Source of the DNA: Verrucomicrobiota bacterium
Lineage (GTDB): Bacteria; Verrucomicrobiota; Verrucomicrobiia; Limisphaerales; JACRJY01
Length of the DNA stretch: 64,000 bases
Assembly (NCBI GenBank): GCA_016235585.1
Contig: JACRJY010000023.1
Coordinates: forward strand, 30,560-94,559
Direction: 5' to 3'
Positions 54,704-62,966 of the stretch are shown piece by piece. The translations under genes were made by a program, and so were the position numbers. The stretch's first letter is position 1. Each line of letters begins with the position of its first letter. The notes beneath the pieces are model-generated. The model was not told where the DNA came from and did no database searches. It saw only the letters and a program-made list of their open reading frames with translations.

Positions 54704-55758
54704 GCCTGCGCTTTTCCGGCCTGGATTTCGATTCCTTGGGCGACTGGCGTGGCACGTGCCTTCCCGTTGGCACGGGGCAGCACCAGCCAGCGCATTTTCT
54801 CCCGGCGGATAATCCCGCCGCCCTGCCCTGCCCCGCCCGCGATGAGCAGCGCCGTGGACAACGCATCCGTCTCGGTCGCCGACGGCAGAATCACGGCGGC
54901 CAAGTCCGCGCGCTCCGCCGGCTGGCCGGTGCGTGGATCGATAATATGCCCGTATTCACGCCCCTGAATGCGGAACAGCCTTCCCCACACGGCGGACACC
55001 GAGAGCGATTCTTCGCGCAGGGAAACCGTCGCGATAATTCCGCCGGGACTTGAGCCGTCTTCTTCCGATGGCCCTTCAATGGCGACCTTCCAAGGGTTGC
55101 CGTCCGGCTGATGTCCCAGGGCGCACACGGTGCTGGTGCCGCCGTGGAGCAGGGCGTGGATGACCCCGGCCTCGCGGAGAATTCCCCCGGCCCGCTCCAG
55201 GGCGAACCCTTTGCCGATGGCCCCCACGTCCAGCCGCACACCGGAGCGGGCAAAGCGAACCTCGAAATTCGTTTCATTCAGAAGAGCGTGGCGCATTCCG
55301 ACGCTGGCGCGCGCGATCTCCAGCTCGGGTGGCGTCGGAATCCTTCCGTTGCCTGCGGCCGTCTTCCAACAGTGCATCAACGGCCCGACTGTGAGATCGA
55401 ATGCCCCGTCGGTTTCCGCGCTCAATGTTTTTGCCCGCCGCAAGAGCTGAAACAACACCGGGGAAACTCGCACCGCCCGTTCCGCCGCCAGCTCGTTCAC
55501 CTGGCAAATTTCACTCGTCACCCGGTAGGGGCTTAACATCGCGTCAAGCCGCTCGATCTCGTCCAGTGCCTCTTCCGCTGCCGCGCGCAGCCGGGCGGGA
55601 TCATCGCCATGCAGGATGATTTCAAAGCGCGTCGCCATCGCGTGGCGCGCGACGCGGATCAGATCTTCAAATTGGGAGGCCATTTCCTCAATGAAAAGCG
55701 GGCTTTGCCCTTCGGCAAAGCCCGCCTCGGATTTCAGAGCATCGCGGATGCTGCTCAA
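54700..55758 (-). CDS. apbE: FAD:protein FMN transferase (ApbE family)
   Basis: 352 aa. Contains AMATRFEIILHG, DGAFDLTVGPL and GAIGKGFALERA. I see no signal peptide or lipobox at the N-terminus. Confidence 0.8.
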   Translation of the reverse strand: MSSIRDALKSEAGFAEGQSPLFIEEMASQFEDLIRVARHAMATRFEIILHGDDPARLRAAAEEALDEIERLDAMLSPYRVTSEICQVNELAAERAVRVSPVLFQLLRRAKTLSAETDGAFDLTVGPLMHCWKTAAGNGRIPTPPELEIARASVGMRHALLNETNFEVRFARSGVRLDVGAIGKGFALERAGGILREAGVIHALLHGGTSTVCALGHQPDGNPWKVAIEGPSEEDGSSPGGIIATVSLREESLSVSAVWGRLFRIQGREYGHIIDPRTGQPAERADLAAVILPSATETDALSTALLIAGGAGQGGGIIRREKMRWLVLPRANGKARATPVAQGIEIQAGKAQA

Positions 55759-57161
55759 GACTTCGGCAGCGAGCCGTAGGTCAGCGGCTTGAGCTCCTTG
55801 CCGCTGCCGTCGGTGATCTTGCGCGTCTTCTCGTCAAAGAGGCAGACGGTTTGCAGGCGGTCGGACATTTCGGCGAGCGAAATGACGCATTGCACGCGCA
55901 CGGCGAGGTTGATGCCGGCGTTCGGCTCCTTGTTCGCGCGGATGCAGTCGAACCAGTTCTTCTCGTGCGGCGGCAGAGCCTCGACCGGCTTCAAGTTGTC
56001 GAACACCTGCGGGTCGAGTTCCTCGGAGTAGGGCCGCTCCGGCTTGATTTCCACGCGGCCGCTGCCGCCCATTTCGATGCGGCCCTTGTGCCCGCGGATC
56101 ACCTCCTGCAAACCGAACTCGCTGACGGTCGCGCTGGCGATGACCGCCGTCAGCCCGCTGGGAAACTCCGCGAGCATCTGCACGCTCTCGGCCACGTCGC
56201 GCTCCGGCGTGCCGGGCGTGTTGCGGTCGGTGTGGATGGCCTTGGTGCCGATGGCCGCGACGCGCTTGGGAAACTCCGGGTTGCCGGTCGCGAGCATATA
56301 GGGATGCAGGCGGTGCGGAAACAAATCGCCCAGCAGGCCGGCGCAGTAGGGATAATATTTGCGCCAGCGGAAATAATGATCCGCGCTGAAGGAAACCTTG
56401 CTCCGCACCGGGCCGAGCCAGCGCTGCCAGTCAATGTCCGTCTCGGTCGCAAAATCCTTGATGGCGTAATTCCATTCGCCCTTCGGGCTGTTCCGCATAT
56501 AGGAGCCTTCCAGCATGACGAGCTGGCCGATCTTGCCCGCCTTGATCAGCTCGGCGGCCTTGTGCCACTTGGCGTCGGAACAGCCCTGCGAGCCGACCTG
56601 AAGAATCTTGCCGGTCTTCTTGACCGTGTCGTAAATCTCGAACGCCTCGCCCAAGTAACGGGTCATCGGCTTTTCCACATAAACGTGCTTGCCCGCGTTC
56701 ATCGCATCCACGGAACACGCCGTGTGCCAGTGGTCCACCGTGCCGACGACGACAGCGTCAATGTCCTTTCGTTCGAGCAGCTTTTTGTGATCCTCGTAGG
56801 TCTTCACATCCTTGGTGGCGCGGCCCGGTTTCTTGGCGTCCTCGCTCGTGATCCAGTCCCTGGCCTCGGCGGCGCGCGTCTTCGACACGTCGCAGGTGGC
56901 GACCTGCACGATGTTGTTGTCGGCGGCGTTGGCCTTCATGCTGCGGACGTGCGCCATCCCCTGCCCGCCCACGCCGATGTGCGCGACGGCAATGCGGTTG
57001 TTCGCGCCGGCGGCGCCGACGGAGGGAGCTTGGTTCTGGCCGTAGACCGGCGTCTTGAAGAGATTCACCGTGGCCGCGGCGGCGGAGGCCGTGGAGGCCT
57101 TCTTGATGAAATCCCGGCGGGAATCGGAACTGGCGATGGAGTCGTTTGGTTTGTTGTTCAT
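55755..57161 (-). CDS. Gfo/Idh/MocA family oxidoreductase with twin-arginine (TAT) signal
   Basis: The ORF opens at 57257; the likely start is MNNKPNDSIASSDSRRDFIKKASTASAAAATV at 57161 (RRxF TAT motif). The Rossmann motif is IAVAHIGVGGQGMAH. Confidence 0.85.
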   Translation of the reverse strand: MNNKPNDSIASSDSRRDFIKKASTASAAAATVNLFKTPVYGQNQAPSVGAAGANNRIAVAHIGVGGQGMAHVRSMKANAADNNIVQVATCDVSKTRAAEARDWITSEDAKKPGRATKDVKTYEDHKKLLERKDIDAVVVGTVDHWHTACSVDAMNAGKHVYVEKPMTRYLGEAFEIYDTVKKTGKILQVGSQGCSDAKWHKAAELIKAGKIGQLVMLEGSYMRNSPKGEWNYAIKDFATETDIDWQRWLGPVRSKVSFSADHYFRWRKYYPYCAGLLGDLFPHRLHPYMLATGNPEFPKRVAAIGTKAIHTDRNTPGTPERDVAESVQMLAEFPSGLTAVIASATVSEFGLQEVIRGHKGRIEMGGSGRVEIKPERPYSEELDPQVFDNLKPVEALPPHEKNWFDCIRANKEPNAGINLAVRVQCVISLAEMSDRLQTVCLFDEKTRKITDGSGKELKPLTYGSLPKS

Positions 57162-57224
57162 AAATTTGTGCGATGAATTGTGCTGAACAATATATTCCCC
57201 GCCGCCGAGGTCAACCCCGAAGGA

Positions 57225-57392
57225 GCGCGCCTCCACAATAAGGGCGTATCCGGACACTGCCCCCGCTCCGTCAGGCCGGGCGGAACGCCGATCTCCGAAT
57301 CGGCGCGCGGCGGGAGATTTTTCACCCCTGCCGGATCGGAGTCCGGCGCTCCGGGGGCAGTGTCAGGATGCGCCCCCACAATAAGCCCGCCA
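57225..57392. repeat. intergenic inverted-repeat element upstream of the TAT oxidoreductase gene
   Basis: An 18-bp inverted repeat, atccggacactgcccccg (57248-57265) and cgggggcagtgtcaggat (57352-57369), with 1 mismatch. Internal hairpins are gccgatctccgaatcggc and ccggatcggagtccgg. A direct repeat cc(t/c)ccacaataag flanks it on both sides. Confidence 0.7.
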
Positions 57393-57439
57393 AACCGGGG
57401 CTAGGCCACGGCGCAGTTTCACCTGCGGGCTGACTCGCT

Positions 57440-57919
57440 TCAGCCCACGGACACCACGCGGTAATCCTGCGGCACGCCGCCGAGCGTGAGCCGCAGCCGC
57501 TCGCCCTGTTTTCGCCCCACAATCTGACGGCCCAGCGGCGACGATGGCGTGATGACGAGCACTTCCTGCTTTCCGTGGACAATCTCCGTGCCGCCCGCGC
57601 CGGGGCCGAGAAAATAGAAAGTGCGCGTTCCTTTCGTCTCCAGTTCCACCAGCGCGCCGAGGTCAATCGCCTCCCCTGCCTCGAACGCCCGCACCGTCAG
57701 CTTCTCGAACAGCTCCAGCGTCCGCTCCGTCTCCGCCGCCTGCCGGGACTGGCCGCGCGCGAGATACGAGGCCTCCAGCCCGCGCGTGTCGTATTTGTTC
57801 TCGGCCTTGCTCTGCTCGTCGGTGGCGTCGGCGCGCGCCGTGAGGGCGGCCCGGTGGTAAAGGGCCAGTTCGTCTTCGAGCCGGGCGAGGATTTCCTTGA
57901 TGAGTGCGCGCTTGTTCAT
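57440..57919 (-). CDS. GreA/GreB family transcription elongation factor-like protein
   Basis: 159 aa. N-terminal coiled coil, and a C-terminal FKBP-like GreA/B domain (LVITPSSPLGRQIVGRKQGERL). Confidence 0.75.
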   Translation of the reverse strand: MNKRALIKEILARLEDELALYHRAALTARADATDEQSKAENKYDTRGLEASYLARGQSRQAAETERTLELFEKLTVRAFEAGEAIDLGALVELETKGTRTFYFLGPGAGGTEIVHGKQEVLVITPSSPLGRQIVGRKQGERLRLTLGGVPQDYRVVSVG

Positions 57920-57931
57920 GCCGCCAGCCCG

Positions 57932-59884
57932 TCAAAGTTCCGCCTCGCGCTCCGCCAGCTTCGTCGCGGCGGCCTCCCACTCGCGCTGCAAGCGCTGCAA
58001 GTCATCCATCACCACGTTCAATTCGCGGTTGAGGTGCATTGCCGAGCCGGCCTTGGCGTAGGTCGCGGGATTTTCCATCTCCAAGGTCAGTTCTGCCTGC
58101 TTGGTTTCGCAGTCGGCAATCTGCTTCTCCAGATCCGCCACGCGTTTCCGCTCGGTTTTGGTCTTGTCCGCACGCGCCTGGCGTTGCTGGGCTTCGAGGC
58201 GCTTCTGCTCCTTGCGCGAAGCCCCGTCGAGTTTCGGCTCCACTTGTCCGGCGCGTCCGCTGGACACCGCCGGCTTCTGCCCCGCCGTCAGCCCGATGCG
58301 CGCCGACGCCGCCCTGGTCTTGTCGAGGTAGTATTGATAGTCGCCGGGATAATTCGTCAGCAAGCCGGCGTTCACGTGCAGCACGCGGTTGGCGAGCGCG
58401 CGGATGAAATACACGTCGTGGCTGATGAAGAGAATCGTGCCGGTGAACTCCTTCATCGCCCCCAGCAGCGCGTCAATGCTCGCCATGTCCAGGTGCGTCG
58501 TCGGCTCGTCCATCAGCAGGAGGTTCGGCGGATCGAGGAGAATCTTCACCAGCGCCAGCCGGCTCTTCTCGCCGCCGCTCAACACGCTCACTTTCTTGAA
58601 AACATCGTCACCGCGAAAGAGAAACGCGCCGAGCAGCGTGCGGACGGACTGCTCCGTCACGCGCGACGGCGTGTCGAGCGCCTCCTGCAAGACCGTGCGG
58701 CTCACGTTGAGCATCTCGGTGCGATACTGCGAGTAGTAGCCCTCCTTCACGTTGTGGCCGAGGATGCGCTCGCCCCGCTGCACCGGCAGTGCGCCCGCCG
58801 CGAGCTTGAGCAGCGTGGATTTGCCCGCGCCGTTCGGCCCGACGAGCACCACGCGCTGGCCGCGCTCCACCTCGAAGTCCACGCCGCGATACACGACATT
58901 CTCGCCGTAGGCGTGATGAATGCCCTTGAGATTCAGCGCGCGCTGGCCACTGCGAACGGGCTGCGGAAAGGAAAAGCCCACCACCGGCCCGGACGATTCC
59001 GGAGCCTCGATTTTCTCCATGCGCTCGATCTGCTTGAGCTTGCTCTGCGCCTGCGACGCTTTGCTGGCCTTCGCGCGGAAGCGGTCGGCGAACTCCTGCA
59101 GCCGCGCGATGTCGCGCTGCTGGTTCTTGTAGGCCGCGAGCTGCTGCAGCTCGGCGGCGGCGCGCTGTTCAAGGTAATTGTCGAAGTTGCCGGTGTATTT
59201 GAACAGTTGCGACTGGCGGATTTCAATGATGCCCGTGACCAGCGAGTTCAGGAACTCGCGGTCGTGCGAAATGATCACGACGCCGCCGGGATACGCGCCG
59301 AGATAATCCTGGAACCACAGCAGCGTTTCGAGATCGAGATGGTTCGTCGGCTCGTCGAGCATCAGCAGGTCCGGCTCCTGCACCAGCAGCCGGGCGAGGT
59401 GCGCGCGCATCACCCAGCCGCCGCTCAATTCACGCGCGGGCCGCTCGAAATCCCGCTCGCGAAAGGCGAGGCCCGCGAGAATCTGCTTGGCCTTCGCGTC
59501 GAGCTGCCAGCCGCCGAACTCGTCGTAGCGCGCGTGGAGATTGTCGTGCGGATCAACGTCGTCGGGATGCGCGGCGTCCCATGCCTTGATTTTGCGGCGC
59601 AGCTCGACGAACTCCGGCGAGATGGCCGTCGCCAGTTCCAGCACCGTTTCGTTACCGGCGGGCGCGCTCTCCTGCGGCAGGAAGCCGACCGTCGCCCCGC
59701 GCTGGCAGGTGATTTCGCCGTGGTCGCACTCCTCCTGGCGGAGGATGAGCTTGAAGAGCGTGGACTTCCCCGCGCCGTTCGGCCCGACCAGGCCGAGGCG
59801 GTCGTCGCGGTTGATCTGGAGCGTCACGTCTTCAAACAACGTGCGCCCGCCGTAACTCTTGCCAACTTCTGAAAGCGTGAACAT
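57932..59884 (-). CDS. ABC-F family ATP-binding cassette protein (no TM domain)
   Basis: The ORF opens at 60067; the likely start is MFTLSEVGKSYGG at 59884 (650 aa). Two Walker A motifs (GPNGAGKST twice), signature motifs LSGGW and LSGGEKSR, and a C-terminal coiled coil. Confidence 0.9.
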   Translation of the reverse strand: MFTLSEVGKSYGGRTLFEDVTLQINRDDRLGLVGPNGAGKSTLFKLILRQEECDHGEITCQRGATVGFLPQESAPAGNETVLELATAISPEFVELRRKIKAWDAAHPDDVDPHDNLHARYDEFGGWQLDAKAKQILAGLAFRERDFERPARELSGGWVMRAHLARLLVQEPDLLMLDEPTNHLDLETLLWFQDYLGAYPGGVVIISHDREFLNSLVTGIIEIRQSQLFKYTGNFDNYLEQRAAAELQQLAAYKNQQRDIARLQEFADRFRAKASKASQAQSKLKQIERMEKIEAPESSGPVVGFSFPQPVRSGQRALNLKGIHHAYGENVVYRGVDFEVERGQRVVLVGPNGAGKSTLLKLAAGALPVQRGERILGHNVKEGYYSQYRTEMLNVSRTVLQEALDTPSRVTEQSVRTLLGAFLFRGDDVFKKVSVLSGGEKSRLALVKILLDPPNLLLMDEPTTHLDMASIDALLGAMKEFTGTILFISHDVYFIRALANRVLHVNAGLLTNYPGDYQYYLDKTRAASARIGLTAGQKPAVSSGRAGQVEPKLDGASRKEQKRLEAQQRQARADKTKTERKRVADLEKQIADCETKQAELTLEMENPATYAKAGSAMHLNRELNVVMDDLQRLQREWEAAATKLAEREAEL

Positions 59885-59960
59885 TCGAGCCGGGCAGGAT
59901 GCCGGAAACGGAACCAAATGAGAACAGGGAAATGTGAAAAATGTGGCGTGATGCGAGTTG

Positions 59961-60063
59961 GCGTCTGGGAGCGCGGCCTTCAGGCCGCAGACGCACGAAC
60001 AAGCCAGGAACGTGCGAGCGCACTTTTGCGGTCGCACCCTCTGCGGCGTGAACGCCGCGCTCC
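59961..60063. repeat. intergenic element with inverted hairpin-containing arms (GGAGCGCGGC...GCCGCAG type)
   Basis: The left arm is gggagcgcggccttcaggccgcag (59967-59990). The reverse complement of the right arm (60041-60063) is ggagcgcggcgttcacgccgcag. Confidence 0.7.
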
Positions 60064-60071
60064 ACAAAAGT

Positions 60072-62843
60072 TCAGGTCGAGACCCCCAGCCAGCCGCGCG
60101 TCACCTGGAAATCCGCGTTGCCATCGGCCTGCGCGCGCGGCTGGTGTTTGCCGGCCAGCGTGTCGGCCAGCAATTGAACGAGCGCGCGGGCCGTCGCGAT
60201 TTCATCCGGCTGGTCGAGCACCAGGTCCACTTCGGAGGAAACCGCCGCCACGCTCACCTGCAAGGTCGGCACGAAGGGATGCGCCTGCGCCGGGGCGTCG
60301 CCCACAAAGGCGAGCAGCAGTTCCACGCCGCACGCGCCCAGCCCGGTGAACGCCTCGACGAGGTGCGTGCCCGCCGATTCCATGACGTGAAAGCCGGGCT
60401 TCGCCGCGATGCCGCCGTAAGCCAGCGTGGGCGCGGGCGGCGAATCAAACAGTTCGCGGGCGAAGGCGGGCGTCGCCAGCAACGGCGAAGTTTGCGGCAC
60501 GACGACCGTGCCGCCGTTCTCCACGAGTGCGCGGGTGAGGAGCGCAAGCGCCGCCGCGATTTTGTCCGGCACTTCGCCGTTCGCAGCGAGACCAAGGCGG
60601 AAGTTTTTTCCAGATGCACGGGGAGCGCACGCGTCTCGCGTGCCGTGTTCGGCGTCCCGCCGAACACTTTCCCGCGCGGAGTCCGCAGCGGGGACGCTGC
60701 GGACAGCAGCCGGGACGGCTGCGCTCCCCTGTTCAAACCACTTCACCACTTTTTCCGTCACGTTCTCGATGCCGCCGTCGAGCTGGATGCTCGCGAAGCC
60801 CATCCGCGAATAGTCCATGTCGTGCGCGGCGAGGAAGTTGCGGATGGCGTCGTTGTGCGTCTTCTCGCAGCCGTGCTCGACGAGGCACACGCGCTCGGCC
60901 AGCGGATGCGCGGCGTAACCGGCGATGGTCTGCTCCAGAATCTCCACCGCCTCGCCGGAGACGCCGCAGCCCTCGGTGTGCGGCAGCGCGACGTAGCGCG
61001 GCGTGGCGTCGCCGCGCGTGGCGTTGAGTTTGTCGGCAATCATCCGGCTGATTTGCCCGGCGCAAAGACTCGTGGGAATGATGAGGCGGGTGCGCCACGC
61101 TTCGGAAGGACAAGCTGCGCGAGTCCCCAACTGGGCCAGGAAATTTGTGGGACTCGCGTAGCTCGTCCCTCCGACGGCAAGCTTCAGCTTCACCGGTTCG
61201 CCAGCGGGCTTCGGACGGCTGGCGAACTGCGGCAGCGACTTCACCGAGGTCTGCCGCCACTCGCGCCAGAGCTGCGCCTGCGAGTGGCCGGCCTTTTCAC
61301 CGACGCTCTTCATTCCCGACACGACGCGCATCGTGTAGTCGAACGCCTCCGCGCCGAGCCGCTCCATCGGCTCGCCGTCGAGGTAGCGGCCCGCGTTGAA
61401 ATCCATGTCGCGGCTCAAGAGATTGAAGCGCGGCGTGTTGGTCATCAGCTTGATGGTCGGCACGAAGGGATGGTTCGTGATGGAGCCGTTGCCTGTGCTG
61501 AACAAAATCAAGTTGCAGCCCGCCGCGACCTGGCCGGCGATGCTTTCGAGGTCGTTGCCGGGGCTGTTCATGAAGCAGAAGCCCGGCTCGCGCATCGGCT
61601 CGCCGTAGCCGATGACGTAGTCCAGCCGCACCGCCGGGTCTTTCTTGCGCGCCGCGCCGATGGATTTGATGGCGATGTTGTAGAGGCCGCGAAAGATGTT
61701 GCCGCCGCTGGGATTCGTCTGCCCGCTGACGCCGTGCCACGAGAGCTTCTCCTCGAACTCCTTGAGCGTGTCCAAAAACTTCCGCGCCGTGGCGAGGTCG
61801 CGGACTTTGGCGAGCACATACGGCTCCGCGCCCATCAGTTCGTCCGTCTCCGCGAGATTCGCCGAGCCGCCGTGGCGGACGGTCTCGCGCGCGATGATGC
61901 CGACGACGGGATTGCCGGACACGCCGCTAAAGGCGTCCGAGCCGCCGCACTGCAAACCAATCTTCAGGTGGCGCAACGGCTGTTCGGTGCGCGGCGTGGA
62001 ACTGGCCTGGAGCAAAAGTTCCTCCACGAGTTTCGCGCCTGCCGCGACGTTCGCCGCGAAATCCTTTCCGAGCCGGAAGAAGTGGTGCGGCACGGCGTCG
62101 AGCGGATAATGGTTCGCGCGCATCCAGTCGCGGAGCGCGTCGTTGTTAATCGGCTCGTGGCCGTAATCCACCGCGAGCACCGCGCCGACGTTGGGATTCG
62201 TCACCCAGCCCGCGAGCGTGCGGAGCGAGAGTTCGAGATTGTTGGGCCGGCCCGCTTCGCCGCCCTCGGTGTGCGCGACGGCAACCACGCCGTCGAGGTT
62301 TGGAAATTTTTCCGGCGCATCCTTGAACTTCGAGGCCAGCACACGCGCGAAACTGCCCGTGAGCGAGCTAGTGCCGAGCACGACGACATAGTTGCGCGTG
62401 CCCGCGCCGCGCCCGCCGTTGCGGGCAAATCCAAGGAAAGTGCGCGGGCTGGCGTAGAGCGGCACTTGCTCGGCGGGCAGGAAGTTTTTCTCGTCGAGCG
62501 TGCAGGGCTGGAAATAGTCCGTGAAGTTCGGCTCCGCCGGAATTTCAAAACCCACGTGCCGCGAGTGCAGCGCCTCGATCATCGTCGCGTTGCACACGTA
62601 GTCACCCGGCGCGAGCGGACGCAGCGCGCGACCAAACGGCTGTCCCCACGACGTGAGCATTTGTCCTGCGGCGACCGGGGCGACGACGAAGCGATGCGCC
62701 TCCAGCACCGTGTGCGACAGCGCGAAACTCCGCTCCGGCATCACGACGACCGTGCCCGCGTCGAGGCGGCGGATGGCGATGGCGCAATTGTCACCAGCGG
62801 CGGGGAGGCGGCCAGCCTGGGCAAAATTCAGTGCTTCACTCAC
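60072..62843 (-). CDS. UxaA (altronate/galactarate dehydratase) family protein with a second, divergent UxaA-like module
   Basis: 923 aa. Module 1 has an N-terminal SAF-like segment NCAIAIRRLDAGTVV, then VVAVAHTEGG, GLQCGGSDAFSG and NLILFSTGNGSITNHPFVPTIKL. Module 2 has YVALPHTEGCG, LGLAANG and ELLLAFVGDAPAQAHPFVPTLQV. Confidence 0.8.
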   Translation of the reverse strand: MSEALNFAQAGRLPAAGDNCAIAIRRLDAGTVVVMPERSFALSHTVLEAHRFVVAPVAAGQMLTSWGQPFGRALRPLAPGDYVCNATMIEALHSRHVGFEIPAEPNFTDYFQPCTLDEKNFLPAEQVPLYASPRTFLGFARNGGRGAGTRNYVVVLGTSSLTGSFARVLASKFKDAPEKFPNLDGVVAVAHTEGGEAGRPNNLELSLRTLAGWVTNPNVGAVLAVDYGHEPINNDALRDWMRANHYPLDAVPHHFFRLGKDFAANVAAGAKLVEELLLQASSTPRTEQPLRHLKIGLQCGGSDAFSGVSGNPVVGIIARETVRHGGSANLAETDELMGAEPYVLAKVRDLATARKFLDTLKEFEEKLSWHGVSGQTNPSGGNIFRGLYNIAIKSIGAARKKDPAVRLDYVIGYGEPMREPGFCFMNSPGNDLESIAGQVAAGCNLILFSTGNGSITNHPFVPTIKLMTNTPRFNLLSRDMDFNAGRYLDGEPMERLGAEAFDYTMRVVSGMKSVGEKAGHSQAQLWREWRQTSVKSLPQFASRPKPAGEPVKLKLAVGGTSYASPTNFLAQLGTRAACPSEAWRTRLIIPTSLCAGQISRMIADKLNATRGDATPRYVALPHTEGCGVSGEAVEILEQTIAGYAAHPLAERVCLVEHGCEKTHNDAIRNFLAAHDMDYSRMGFASIQLDGGIENVTEKVVKWFEQGSAAVPAAVRSVPAADSARESVRRDAEHGTRDACAPRASGKNFRLGLAANGEVPDKIAAALALLTRALVENGGTVVVPQTSPLLATPAFARELFDSPPAPTLAYGGIAAKPGFHVMESAGTHLVEAFTGLGACGVELLLAFVGDAPAQAHPFVPTLQVSVAAVSSEVDLVLDQPDEIATARALVQLLADTLAGKHQPRAQADGNADFQVTRGWLGVST
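60620..60729. repeat. 110-bp GGGGAGCGC-TIR hairpin-chain element lying inside the UxaA-like CDS
   Basis: It is bounded by ggggagcgca ... tgcgctcccc. It contains four consecutive hairpins: gcacgcg/cgcgtgc, gtgttcggcg/cgccgaacac, gtccgcagcg/cgctgcggac and gcagcc/ggctgc. The first 24 nt differ by 1 nt from the start of the 18052 copy. Confidence 0.8.
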
Positions 62844-62966
62844 GGTATTGAAAATTTAGGCGAAGCTCCCGCCGGGACAAGCCCGATGTTTCCGTGAACA
62901 AATCCGCGCGGCCTCGGTCGAAGGATTGACAGTCCGGCTTGAGCAAGATACTTCTGCGCCATCGTT

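Noticed and set aside
57575-62897. Long plus-strand ORFs 57575..59872 (765 aa) and 59958..62897 (979 aa)
   Set aside because: They are antisense to the ABC-F and UxaA-like genes, both of which carry unambiguous family motifs. The plus-strand translations are Arg/Ala-rich with no motifs.
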